DNA of 64,000 bases from a virus. The translations under genes and the position numbers were made by a program. Under the pieces are notes generated by a model. It made no database searches and was not told the origin of the DNA. It saw only the letters and a program-made list of their open reading frames with translations. Shown here one piece after another: positions 47,880 through 56,461 of the stretch (the first letter of the stretch is position 1; every line of letters begins with the position of its first letter). The stretch lies in IMG/VR virus record IMGVR_UViG_3300006916_000041, positions 32,001 to 96,000 of that record, one strand, 5' to 3'.

Positions 47880-48517
47880 TGTTGGTTAATGACATCATAT
47901 TAGAATCATATTATGATTTTGTTAAAGATGACAATGTTGAAGATATCATTGATCATGCAAAATCCACTGGACGCACTCATAATAATCCAATTTATATTGA
48001 TTATAGTGTTAAAAATAATCCTAAATATGATATGATTTCACTATCAGTTATGGCATATAAACCAGAAGCACCAGATCAACTAGTAAAACAAGCAGATGAA
48101 GACGGATGGTATGTTGAACTTCGTGCAATTTTTATCAAAAATCGCAATTATCAATCAAGTGAAAAATTGAATGCTAATCAGTTTCAGCGAATGATGGATA
48201 AACTTAATGCTGCGGACAATGTTGAACGTATTGAAGAAAATTTACGTGCTTGGTTTGGTAAAGGTAAAAAGGGCGGTGCTGGCGGTGGTGGCTGGGATCG
48301 TTACAACACCAAAGGTGAACGTATTGGTAAATGTGGCGATGCTAAAAAAGGTGAAGGCAAACCTAAATGTCTAAGTAAAAGTAGAGCTGCAAGTTTAAGA
48401 GCTAAAGGTGGCAAAAAAGCAATTGCTGCCGCTGTACGTAAAAAGAGAAGAGAAGATCCGAATAAGAATCGCAGAGGTAAAGCTAAAAACGTAAGCAACA
48501 CAACACGCAAATCATAA
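47879..48517 (+). CDS. Modular protein with basic C-terminal domain
   Basis: MLVNDIILE; EENLRAWFGKG...KPKCLS. Confidence 0.65.
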   Translation: MLVNDIILESYYDFVKDDNVEDIIDHAKSTGRTHNNPIYIDYSVKNNPKYDMISLSVMAYKPEAPDQLVKQADEDGWYVELRAIFIKNRNYQSSEKLNANQFQRMMDKLNAADNVERIEENLRAWFGKGKKGGAGGGGWDRYNTKGERIGKCGDAKKGEGKPKCLSKSRAASLRAKGGKKAIAAAVRKKRREDPNKNRRGKAKNVSNTTRKS

Positions 48518-48527
48518 AGGAGAAGCA

Positions 48528-48713
48528 ATGACACTTACACTTAACACAAAATGTAAAACCTGTGGACACGAGTGTCACTGCCATAAACAAGATTGCGATA
48601 AATGTATAAATGATGTTTGTACCAAATGTGTGTGCGATAATGCTGTGGGACTAGAAACTGATGCTCGTAAGTGGGCTTGGGAAGACAGCGGAGTCGAACA
48701 AGGCTTCAATTAA
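48528..48713 (+). CDS. Cys/His-rich small protein (metallothionein-like)
   Basis: CKTCGHECHCHKQDCDKCINDVCTKCVC; AAGGAG RBS. Confidence 0.6.
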   Translation: MTLTLNTKCKTCGHECHCHKQDCDKCINDVCTKCVCDNAVGLETDARKWAWEDSGVEQGFN

Positions 48714-49306
48714 TGCACCCAGAAGAAATAGTTTGGCAAACAACTGCTCCTGAAGATTTGTGGATATTTGATAAACTAATACTATCAAGATATCTTGGTT
48801 ATACATGTGGTCCAACAGGAACCAGTGTTCCTACACCCGGATACTATATTGTGCGTCCTTGTGTAAACGCATTTGGACTAGGATTAAACGCACAAAAACA
48901 CTATATACAAGACACAACAGACTATCTAACACCTGGTCATTTTTGGTGTGAGTGGTTTGAAGGAGATCATATCAGTGTTGACTATCTAAACGGACAACAA
49001 GTACTAGCAGTACAAGGATTTAAACCACCAGGAACATTTACACGGTGGGACCGCTGGGTAAGAGTAGATACTCAGATACCTTTACCTCCAATACTAGATT
49101 ATATAAAAATCAAATATGATAAAATAAACTGTGAATTTATTGGTGATAAATTAATAGAAGTTCATTTGCGTCACAACAGCGATTTTCCACATGGTCGCAA
49201 CGAATATATTCCTGTGTGGCAGGGCATGAATGAAACACCTCCAAAAGGCTACGAATATATACAAGATCCTGATGTTCATGGCAGAATTGGAGCGTGGGTA
49301 AAATAA
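48713..49306 (+). CDS. ATP-grasp-like protein
   Basis: YIVRP..N..GLG, WCEWFEGDHISVDY, NCEFIGDKLIEVHLR. Confidence 0.5.
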   Translation: MHPEEIVWQTTAPEDLWIFDKLILSRYLGYTCGPTGTSVPTPGYYIVRPCVNAFGLGLNAQKHYIQDTTDYLTPGHFWCEWFEGDHISVDYLNGQQVLAVQGFKPPGTFTRWDRWVRVDTQIPLPPILDYIKIKYDKINCEFIGDKLIEVHLRHNSDFPHGRNEYIPVWQGMNETPPKGYEYIQDPDVHGRIGAWVK

Positions 49307-49334
49307 ATACGTATACAAAAAGGGAGTATTCATT

Positions 49335-50177
49335 ATGAGTACATTTGAATTTGAATTCACAGAAGATCAAGTGCAAGAACTGCTAAAAGGTAATGGCGAA
49401 TACGCAGAGTGGTTTGAAGCAATGGAAGAGATACTTCCATACTATGATATTACAACTGTTGATAGAGTAGCAGGCTTTATAGCACAGTGCGCTCATGAAA
49501 GCAACAACTTTAGAGTTACACAAGAGAACTTGAACTACAGTGCAAAAGGATTGAATGCTGTATTTCCCAAGTACTTTGTAAGAGCCGGAAGAGATGCAAA
49601 TGCCTATCACAGACAACCAGAAAAGATTGCAAACGTAGTGTATGCAAACCGCATGGACAATGGTGACGAAGCCAGTGGCGACGGATGGCGCTTTCGCGGT
49701 AGAGGAGTTATTCAACTTACTGGTAGACACAACTATACCAAGTTTGGAGAGACACTGGGCTACACAGCAGAACAAGCAATCAAATATCTCAAAACCAAGA
49801 AAGGTGCATTGGAAAGTGCATGTTGGTTTTGGAAAACAAATGGTCTAAACAAATGGGCTGACAAACAAGATGTTGTTGGCATGACCAAACGTATCAATGG
49901 CGGAACTATTGGACTAGAAGATCGCAAGAAGCACTACAAGCATGCACTAGAAGTATTGGGCGGCAGTTGGAGCCCACCACCTTTTACACACAGTACAGTG
50001 AAAAAAGGCAGCAAAGGTGAAACTGTAAAAGCAGTACAAAAAGCACTTGGTATTAGTGCAGATGGTGACTTTGGTCCAGGAACAGAAGCCGCTGTAATAG
50101 CATGGCAAAAAAGTAGAGGTTTGGTACCAGATGGTATCGTAGGAAAAGCTACACTTGCCGCAATGGGAATAAAATAA
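49335..50177 (+). CDS. GH19 endolysin with C-terminal peptidoglycan-binding domain
   Basis: AQCAHES, FRGRGVIQLTGRHNY, INGG; ADGDFGPGTEAAV..WQ...PDGIVG. Confidence 0.92.
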   Translation: MSTFEFEFTEDQVQELLKGNGEYAEWFEAMEEILPYYDITTVDRVAGFIAQCAHESNNFRVTQENLNYSAKGLNAVFPKYFVRAGRDANAYHRQPEKIANVVYANRMDNGDEASGDGWRFRGRGVIQLTGRHNYTKFGETLGYTAEQAIKYLKTKKGALESACWFWKTNGLNKWADKQDVVGMTKRINGGTIGLEDRKKHYKHALEVLGGSWSPPPFTHSTVKKGSKGETVKAVQKALGISADGDFGPGTEAAVIAWQKSRGLVPDGIVGKATLAAMGIK

Positions 50178-50332
50178 TGAATTGGATTACAAGTAGATTA
50201 ACAGAACGCACTACCTGGGATGGGCTAGTGCTGATAGCCGCAGGTGTAGCGATGATTGTTGTGCCTGTTGGAATAATTGGACTAGGCTGTATTGCATACG
50301 GCGCATGGACAATTTGGAAAAAGGAAGACTAA
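50177..50332 (+). CDS. Small 2-TM protein, holin candidate (not in ORF track)
   Basis: MNWITSRLTERTTWDGLVLIAAG...WTIWKKED, coupled to endolysin. Confidence 0.55.
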   Translation: MNWITSRLTERTTWDGLVLIAAGVAMIVVPVGIIGLGCIAYGAWTIWKKED

Positions 50333-50410
50333 TGGCAAAATCTTGGGCGCAAAAGAAAAAAGAAAACTTAAAGCAGTCATCAAAGTACGGCGAAAAAGGC
50401 AAGTAATAGT

Positions 50411-50695
50411 ATGTGGGAAATGATCGAGCGCATGGCCACAGACAGATTGTGGATTTATACTGCACTGGCAGGTAGTGCGTTTGGTGCTATATTTGTAGCA
50501 TACATGAGTAGCACACGCATTGGTTTATGGTTTTACAGCAAAGTAGACAAATGCGTGGACTATCTTGTTGAACGTTGGGGCTGGACATGGTTACAACAAC
50601 CAGAAGATGCCTGGCGCCAACGCTATCCTAAGATCACTGCAAAAATTGACCAATTAGAAAAAAGAATTGAAAAGATAGAGAAGAAAAATGTTTAG
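50411..50695 (+). CDS. Membrane protein
   Basis: N-terminal TM, C-terminal coiled coil. Confidence 0.55.
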   Translation: MWEMIERMATDRLWIYTALAGSAFGAIFVAYMSSTRIGLWFYSKVDKCVDYLVERWGWTWLQQPEDAWRQRYPKITAKIDQLEKRIEKIEKKNV

Positions 50696-51161
50696 TTTTG
50701 ATATTGAAAATATAACCAAAGGTATAGGTGCTATTACAGCAACACTTGCGCTTATAGGTGGCGGCTACACACTGTGGGATAAGCTAGAATCAAAAGAAAT
50801 TTTAGCCTGGGCACCAGAACATTTCAGTGTGACAGATGCACCTGTTGACGGAACTTTTGATGTAATTGTTGCTCGTGAAAAGTACAGAGATGATTGCAGT
50901 GTTGAAGGTTTTACACTTGAGGTAAAAGACAGCAAGTTTATGGTACACAAGGCAATACCCAGCATAGCAAAATTTTCAGGACCTGCAAGTGATAAGATAG
51001 ACAAGTTTGGATTTTCTTTTACAATAGACAAAGAACACATAGATATGATACCTCCAGGCACTGCAACTTTACTTGCACACATAAATTATCAATGTCCCGA
51101 AGGACCAGTGGTTGTAAATTATCCAGATCATCCGAATTTAAAATTTACAATCACTGATTAA
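50688..51161 (+). CDS. Membrane-anchored periplasmic protein
   Basis: N-terminal TM then beta domain with two Cys. Confidence 0.55.
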   Translation: MFSFDIENITKGIGAITATLALIGGGYTLWDKLESKEILAWAPEHFSVTDAPVDGTFDVIVAREKYRDDCSVEGFTLEVKDSKFMVHKAIPSIAKFSGPASDKIDKFGFSFTIDKEHIDMIPPGTATLLAHINYQCPEGPVVVNYPDHPNLKFTITD

Positions 51162-51536
51162 ATGTGGCAGAGATTTCGTAAATGGCTAAACATAGATCAC
51201 ATTGTGGATTTAGCTGTAGACCTGGCTTTAATTTTATTTGACGTAATCACAAGCCCGATACTAATAGTAATGCGCTTGCTCAGATGGAGCATAGGCAAGT
51301 ACATGCTAGATGGTGTTAAGAACAAAATTAAAAAACTCATACACTGGCTACAAACCAAACCCTGGTGGGTCAGTGTCATTGTTGCTCCTATTGCACTGAT
51401 TGTAACTTTTTATACACTGGTTGCTTTATGGCTAGCCAGTGCGGTGTTCGATCCGCAACTGTGGACAGAAGACGAATTACCCAGCGATGATGTAATTATC
51501 CAAGAACATCTAAAAAACATTGACAACTCTGAATAA
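51162..51536 (+). CDS. Membrane protein
   Basis: Two hydrophobic segments. Confidence 0.55.
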   Translation: MWQRFRKWLNIDHIVDLAVDLALILFDVITSPILIVMRLLRWSIGKYMLDGVKNKIKKLIHWLQTKPWWVSVIVAPIALIVTFYTLVALWLASAVFDPQLWTEDELPSDDVIIQEHLKNIDNSE

Positions 51537-51548
51537 TTAATATAGTAT
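51520..51548 (+). promoter_or_regulatory. Sigma70 promoter of replication operon
   Basis: TTGACA-17-TAGTAT. Confidence 0.55.
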
Positions 51549-51573
51549 GTAACAAATACAAAAGGAGAAACGT

Positions 51574-51834
51574 ATGCCAATACGCAGCTTTAGCGATAGC
51601 GAAATTAATAAACTTAAACAACTTGTAAGCGAAGGCATTCAAGTCACAGGTGAAGTAGAAACACTCAAAGAAGGTCTCAGAGACACAGTAAAAGCCATTG
51701 CAGAAGAAATGGATATGAAACCAGCAGTGCTAAACAAAGCCATTAGAATTGCATACAAAAATGAATTTGCTAATGTACAAGACAGTTTTAATGCAGTTGA
51801 AGAAGTACTTCAAGCAGTAGGTAGAGACAATTAA
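51574..51834 (+). CDS. T4 DsbA-like dsDNA-binding protein
   Basis: Helical 86 aa, LKEGLRDTVKAIAEE...LNKAIRIAYK. Confidence 0.6.
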   Translation: MPIRSFSDSEINKLKQLVSEGIQVTGEVETLKEGLRDTVKAIAEEMDMKPAVLNKAIRIAYKNEFANVQDSFNAVEEVLQAVGRDN

Positions 51835-52538
51835 TGCTTGACTTAACAGTCATTGAAGTACAACATTATACAGACAAACTATTTAGAATAAGAACCGAAC
51901 GACCTCGCAGTTATAGATTTACTGCGGGCGAGTTTGTTATGATCAGTACTGTTGATGATGATACACCTAATAGAGCATACAGTATTACCAGTGGACCTTA
52001 TGACGACTACTTGGAGTTTTACAGTATCAAAGTACAAGACGGTCCATTAACCAGTCGACTACAACATGTGAGTGTGGGAGACAAAATACTAGTGGGAGAA
52101 AAACCCACCGGAACGCTGATACTTGCTAATCTGGAATTAGGTGGGCATTTGGTAATGATGGCTAGTGGTACAGGTATTGCACCTTTTATTAGTTTGTTGC
52201 GTGAACCAGAAACATATGACTTATTTGAAAACATCACTGTAACATGGACTACTAGAACACATTCAGAACAAGACTGCTACAGAGACTTTCTCAACGAAAT
52301 GCCCATTGAGTATATCAGCACAGTTACACAAGAACCTGCTGAACTGCAAGGACGCATTCAAAAGTTTATGGCAGACGGAACAGTTAAGATTGACAATCCT
52401 GAATATCAGCGTATAATGTTATGTGGAAGTATAGCATTCAACAACGACTTAAAAGAACACTTCGCTGCACTAGGGTTCAGTGAAGGCAACAAAAAAACAC
52501 AAGGTACGTTTGTGCAAGAAAGGGCATTTGTTAGTTAA
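51834..52538 (+). CDS. fpr: Ferredoxin-NADP+ reductase
   Basis: RAYSI, GPLTSRL, GTGIAPF, MLCGS, ERAF. Confidence 0.92.
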   Translation: MLDLTVIEVQHYTDKLFRIRTERPRSYRFTAGEFVMISTVDDDTPNRAYSITSGPYDDYLEFYSIKVQDGPLTSRLQHVSVGDKILVGEKPTGTLILANLELGGHLVMMASGTGIAPFISLLREPETYDLFENITVTWTTRTHSEQDCYRDFLNEMPIEYISTVTQEPAELQGRIQKFMADGTVKIDNPEYQRIMLCGSIAFNNDLKEHFAALGFSEGNKKTQGTFVQERAFVS

Positions 52539-55237
52539 TGTATGTAGACGCACTCATTGATAGAGACAAAGATATTATTCACGTTGTAGAACGTGTAAAT
52601 GGTAGACGAGAGTTCAGGGAATATCCTGCACGTTACTTGTTCTATTACAAAGACAGTCGCGGCAGTTTCGAAAGTATCTTTGGTGACAAACTACAACGTG
52701 TGGTCACTACTAGCGGTAAACAGTTCAAAAAAGAAAAGAAACTGTACAGCAATCAACGGTTGTTTGAAAGTGATGTCAACCCAGTATTTAGATGTTTGGC
52801 TGACAACTATTTGGGAGCGGATACTCCTAAACTACAACAAGCATTTTTCGATATCGAGGTTGACTTTGACAAAGACAAAGGCTTTGCAGATCCTAGTGAC
52901 CCATTCAATCCAGTAACCGCAGTTAGTGTACACTTGGATTGGATTGGCAAAACTATTTGTCTGGTTTGTAAACCCAAAACACTAACACGAGCAGATGCAC
53001 AACTTATTGTAGACAGGTTTGAGGATACTATTCTCATGGACACAGAAGATGAACTGCTGGATACATTCTTGCAGTTGATTGATGATGCAGATGTAATGAG
53101 TGGATGGAACAGTGAAGGCTTTGATATTCCTTACTTGGTGAATCGCATAGCAAGAGTTCTTGGCAAAGAACACACAAGACGTTTTTGTTTGTGGGGCAAA
53201 TATCCCAACAGACGAGAGTTTGAACGCTATGGCAAAGCACAAGAAACATTTGACACAGTGGGTAGACTGCATTTGGATTACATGGAACTGTATCGCAAGT
53301 ATACATATCATGAAATGCACAGTTATAGTTTGGATGCTATTGGCGAATATGAACTTGGCGAACGCAAAACAGAATATGAAGGCACACTGGATCAGCTTTA
53401 CAACAACGACTTTGAAACGTTTATTCAATACTCCAGACAAGACGTTGACTTGCTGGTACGTATGGACAAGAAGCTACAGTTTATTGATCTTGCAAACGTT
53501 ATTGCACATGACAACACAGTTCTTGTGCAAACAACCATGGGTGCGGTTGCTGTTACAGATCAAGCTATTCTCAACGAAGCACACAGTAGAGGACTTATTG
53601 TTCCTGACAAGCAACATGACAAAACACAAAAGCACTATCCACAAGCATGTACAGCGGCTGGTGCATATGTTGCTACGCCTAAGAAAGGCTTTCATGAATG
53701 GATTGGCAGTATGGACTTGAACAGTCTGTATCCAAGTATTTTGCGCAGTTTGAACATGAGTACAGAAACTATTGTTGGTCAAATTAGACACACACTGACT
53801 GTGCCAATGCTAGCAGAACACAAATGGGAAGTTGCAAAAGCGTGGGAAGGCAAATTTGCTTGTCGAGAATATGAACTTGTTATTGCTAAAGATGACGAGA
53901 CACTGCTATATATTGACTTTGAAAATGGCGAGGAACTGCAAGGCACAGGTGCTGAACTGTATCAAATTATCTTTGAAAGTGGGCAACCTTGGGTGCTTAC
54001 TAGTAATGGTACAATACTAGATCAAAGTAGAAAAGGCATCATTCCAGGCTTGCTAGAACGCTGGTATGCAGAACGTAAAGTACTGCAAAAGAACATGCGT
54101 GAGAATCAAGCGGCAGGTAACATTGAAGAAACTGCTTATTGGGACAAAAGGCAGTTGGTGAAAAAAATTAACTTGAACAGTTTGTATGGTGCGTTACTTA
54201 ACCCAGGCAGTAGATTCAATGATCCACGCATGGGACAAAGTACAACACTAACTGGTAGATGTATTGCAAGACACATGGGCGCCAAAGTAAATGAACTGTT
54301 TACAGGCGAATACAATCATGTGGGTCCTGCAATTATCTATGGTGATACAGACAGTGTGTACTTTAGTGCATATCCTATTTTTCGAGAACAAATTGAAAGC
54401 GGTGAGTTTGCTTGGGACAAAGACAAAGTCACTGAACTGTATGAAACTGTGTGTGAACAAGCCAATGAGACATTCCCTGATTACATGGCTAGAGCGCACA
54501 ACGTATTGGATCGCAAGCAAGGTGAAATTATTGCAGCGGCACGTGAAGTTAGTGCAACTGCTGGTATATACATCACAAAGAAACGCTATGCAATCCTAGT
54601 GTATGACAATGAAGGTCACAGAGAAGATAAAGATGATAAGCCAGGCAAGATCAAAGCAATGGGCCTGGACCTCAAAAGGTCAGACACTCCTGCGTTTATG
54701 CAAGACTTCTTGAATGAACTGTTACTCAAAACACTAACAGGTACAAGCGAAGAAGAGATTATTGAACGCATTATCGAGTTTCGTAGTGAGTTTAGAAACA
54801 TGCCAGCTTGGCTCAAAGGTACACCCAAACGTGTGAACAAACTTACACACTACTACAACAGTGAATATATGTTAGATCCTAAAACAGGAGATGAAGTATA
54901 CAAAGGCAAAGCAAACATGCCAGGTCACGTTAGAGCGGCTATCAACTACAATAGAATGCGTAGAATGAATGGTGACCGTTACAGCATGGAAATCATGGAT
55001 GGTATGAAGACCATTGTGTGCAAACTAAAACCAAATCCGTTGGGCTTTACTAGTATTGGTTATCCCACAGATGAAACTCGTTTGCCAGAATGGTACAAAG
55101 AACTTCCATTTGATACTGACACAATGGAAGAAGGTATTATTACAAAGAAGATTGAAAACTTGTTGGGTGTTATGAATTGGGACTTAACAAAAGCAGAGGA
55201 CAAAACTACATTTGATAGTTTGTTTGATTTTACTTAG
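52538..55237 (+). CDS. DNA polymerase family B
   Basis: FDIEV (ExoI), DLNSLYPS, KINLNSLYG, YGDTDS. Confidence 0.97.
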   Translation: MYVDALIDRDKDIIHVVERVNGRREFREYPARYLFYYKDSRGSFESIFGDKLQRVVTTSGKQFKKEKKLYSNQRLFESDVNPVFRCLADNYLGADTPKLQQAFFDIEVDFDKDKGFADPSDPFNPVTAVSVHLDWIGKTICLVCKPKTLTRADAQLIVDRFEDTILMDTEDELLDTFLQLIDDADVMSGWNSEGFDIPYLVNRIARVLGKEHTRRFCLWGKYPNRREFERYGKAQETFDTVGRLHLDYMELYRKYTYHEMHSYSLDAIGEYELGERKTEYEGTLDQLYNNDFETFIQYSRQDVDLLVRMDKKLQFIDLANVIAHDNTVLVQTTMGAVAVTDQAILNEAHSRGLIVPDKQHDKTQKHYPQACTAAGAYVATPKKGFHEWIGSMDLNSLYPSILRSLNMSTETIVGQIRHTLTVPMLAEHKWEVAKAWEGKFACREYELVIAKDDETLLYIDFENGEELQGTGAELYQIIFESGQPWVLTSNGTILDQSRKGIIPGLLERWYAERKVLQKNMRENQAAGNIEETAYWDKRQLVKKINLNSLYGALLNPGSRFNDPRMGQSTTLTGRCIARHMGAKVNELFTGEYNHVGPAIIYGDTDSVYFSAYPIFREQIESGEFAWDKDKVTELYETVCEQANETFPDYMARAHNVLDRKQGEIIAAAREVSATAGIYITKKRYAILVYDNEGHREDKDDKPGKIKAMGLDLKRSDTPAFMQDFLNELLLKTLTGTSEEEIIERIIEFRSEFRNMPAWLKGTPKRVNKLTHYYNSEYMLDPKTGDEVYKGKANMPGHVRAAINYNRMRRMNGDRYSMEIMDGMKTIVCKLKPNPLGFTSIGYPTDETRLPEWYKELPFDTDTMEEGIITKKIENLLGVMNWDLTKAEDKTTFDSLFDFT

Positions 55238-55246
55238 GAAATACTG

Positions 55247-55501
55247 ATGAACAATTTATATTTAGGACCGTTCACTATTACCTTGTTTGGTATAATGGTA
55301 TTTTCAACAGTATTTGTTTACCTTTTATTAGGAGACAAAGAAGAACAAAGAGATATAACCATGCATAGGACCTTAGTTAATATATTGTGTCTTGGTTGGT
55401 TTACAGTTGGACTACTAATGGGTGTACAAACATTTACCTGGGATACAATAGTTAGCTGCGAACCGCACTGGCTTTTTCCAAAGTTTTGTAGCAATGACTA
55501 A
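55247..55501 (+). CDS. Small membrane protein
   Basis: Two hydrophobic segments. Confidence 0.5.
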   Translation: MNNLYLGPFTITLFGIMVFSTVFVYLLLGDKEEQRDITMHRTLVNILCLGWFTVGLLMGVQTFTWDTIVSCEPHWLFPKFCSND

Positions 55502-55730
55502 GTTAGACTTACACGGAAAACATGTACACGAGGCATGGAAACTGGTTGACAGATTCCTCAGCGACTGTTATTATAAAAATATTAAACGCTGTGAAATTAT
55601 TTGTGGGCAAGGTATGATACGTAACGAAATGGAAACTTGGCTCCACCTAAATACTTTTGTACGAGAATACAGGTTTAACACTCGTACACAAGGTAGCTAT
55701 ACAGTAAACCTAAGGAAAAGGAAAAAATAA
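55494..55730 (+). CDS. Smr domain protein
   Basis: KLDLHG..V.EA, IICGQG. Confidence 0.8.
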   Translation: MTKLDLHGKHVHEAWKLVDRFLSDCYYKNIKRCEIICGQGMIRNEMETWLHLNTFVREYRFNTRTQGSYTVNLRKRKK

Positions 55731-56461
55731 TGCGAGATTATCTTAAAGATATTGTGCAACACACACATGGACTTGGATTCATTGACCAAGCAAAAGTTGT
55801 TAACGAAGATGGTACAACTAACTTAGAAGCTATGGACGATGATCGCACTGTGATTGTGCAAGCAAAGTTCAAAGAGCAAGTACCAGGCTTAGATGGCACA
55901 TTTGGTTTGCCCAATCTCAGCAAACTAAACGTTCTTCTAAACATTGAAGAATACAAAGAAAATGCAAACATCACTGTGAATACACAAGATCGCAATGGTG
56001 AAACTGTTCCATTTGGATTGCATTTTGAAAATGCAAACGGCGACTTTAAAAATGACTATCGCTTTATGAGCAAAGAAGTTGTTGAAGAAAAACTAAAAAG
56101 CGTTAAGTTCAAAGGCGTGAATTGGGATATTACTATGGCACCCAACAGCGCAAGCATTGCACGTTTTAAAATGCAAGCACAAGCCAACAGTGAAGAAACT
56201 GTTTTTGTTGCAAAAACTGAAGGCAATGATCTAAAGTTTTTCTTTGGTGATAGCAGTACACACGCAGGTAACTTTGTGTTTGCGGCAGGCGTTGAAGGTC
56301 AGTTGAACACCGGTTGGAGTTGGCCCGTAGCACAAGTATTGAGCATTCTCAACTTGCCTGGTGATATCACTATGAAGTTTAGTGATGCAGGTGCAGCAAT
56401 GATTACAGTAGACAGTGGTATGGCAACTTATGACTATATCCTGCCAGCACAGAGTAAGTAA
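55730..56461 (+). CDS. Sliding clamp (gp45/PCNA-like)
   Basis: 243 aa next to PolB; FGLPNLSKL, YDYILPA C-terminus. Confidence 0.65.
   Translation: MRDYLKDIVQHTHGLGFIDQAKVVNEDGTTNLEAMDDDRTVIVQAKFKEQVPGLDGTFGLPNLSKLNVLLNIEEYKENANITVNTQDRNGETVPFGLHFENANGDFKNDYRFMSKEVVEEKLKSVKFKGVNWDITMAPNSASIARFKMQAQANSEETVFVAKTEGNDLKFFFGDSSTHAGNFVFAAGVEGQLNTGWSWPVAQVLSILNLPGDITMKFSDAGAAMITVDSGMATYDYILPAQSK

Noticed and set aside
53160-53720. Long alternative-frame and antisense ORFs (also 59032-59613, 46719-47219, 14974-15399)
   Set aside because: They lie over well-supported genes, lack motifs and RBS, and are explained by codon bias
52538-55237. Intein or intron in PolB
   Set aside because: 899 aa with continuous motifs; no splice-junction or LAGLIDADG signatures
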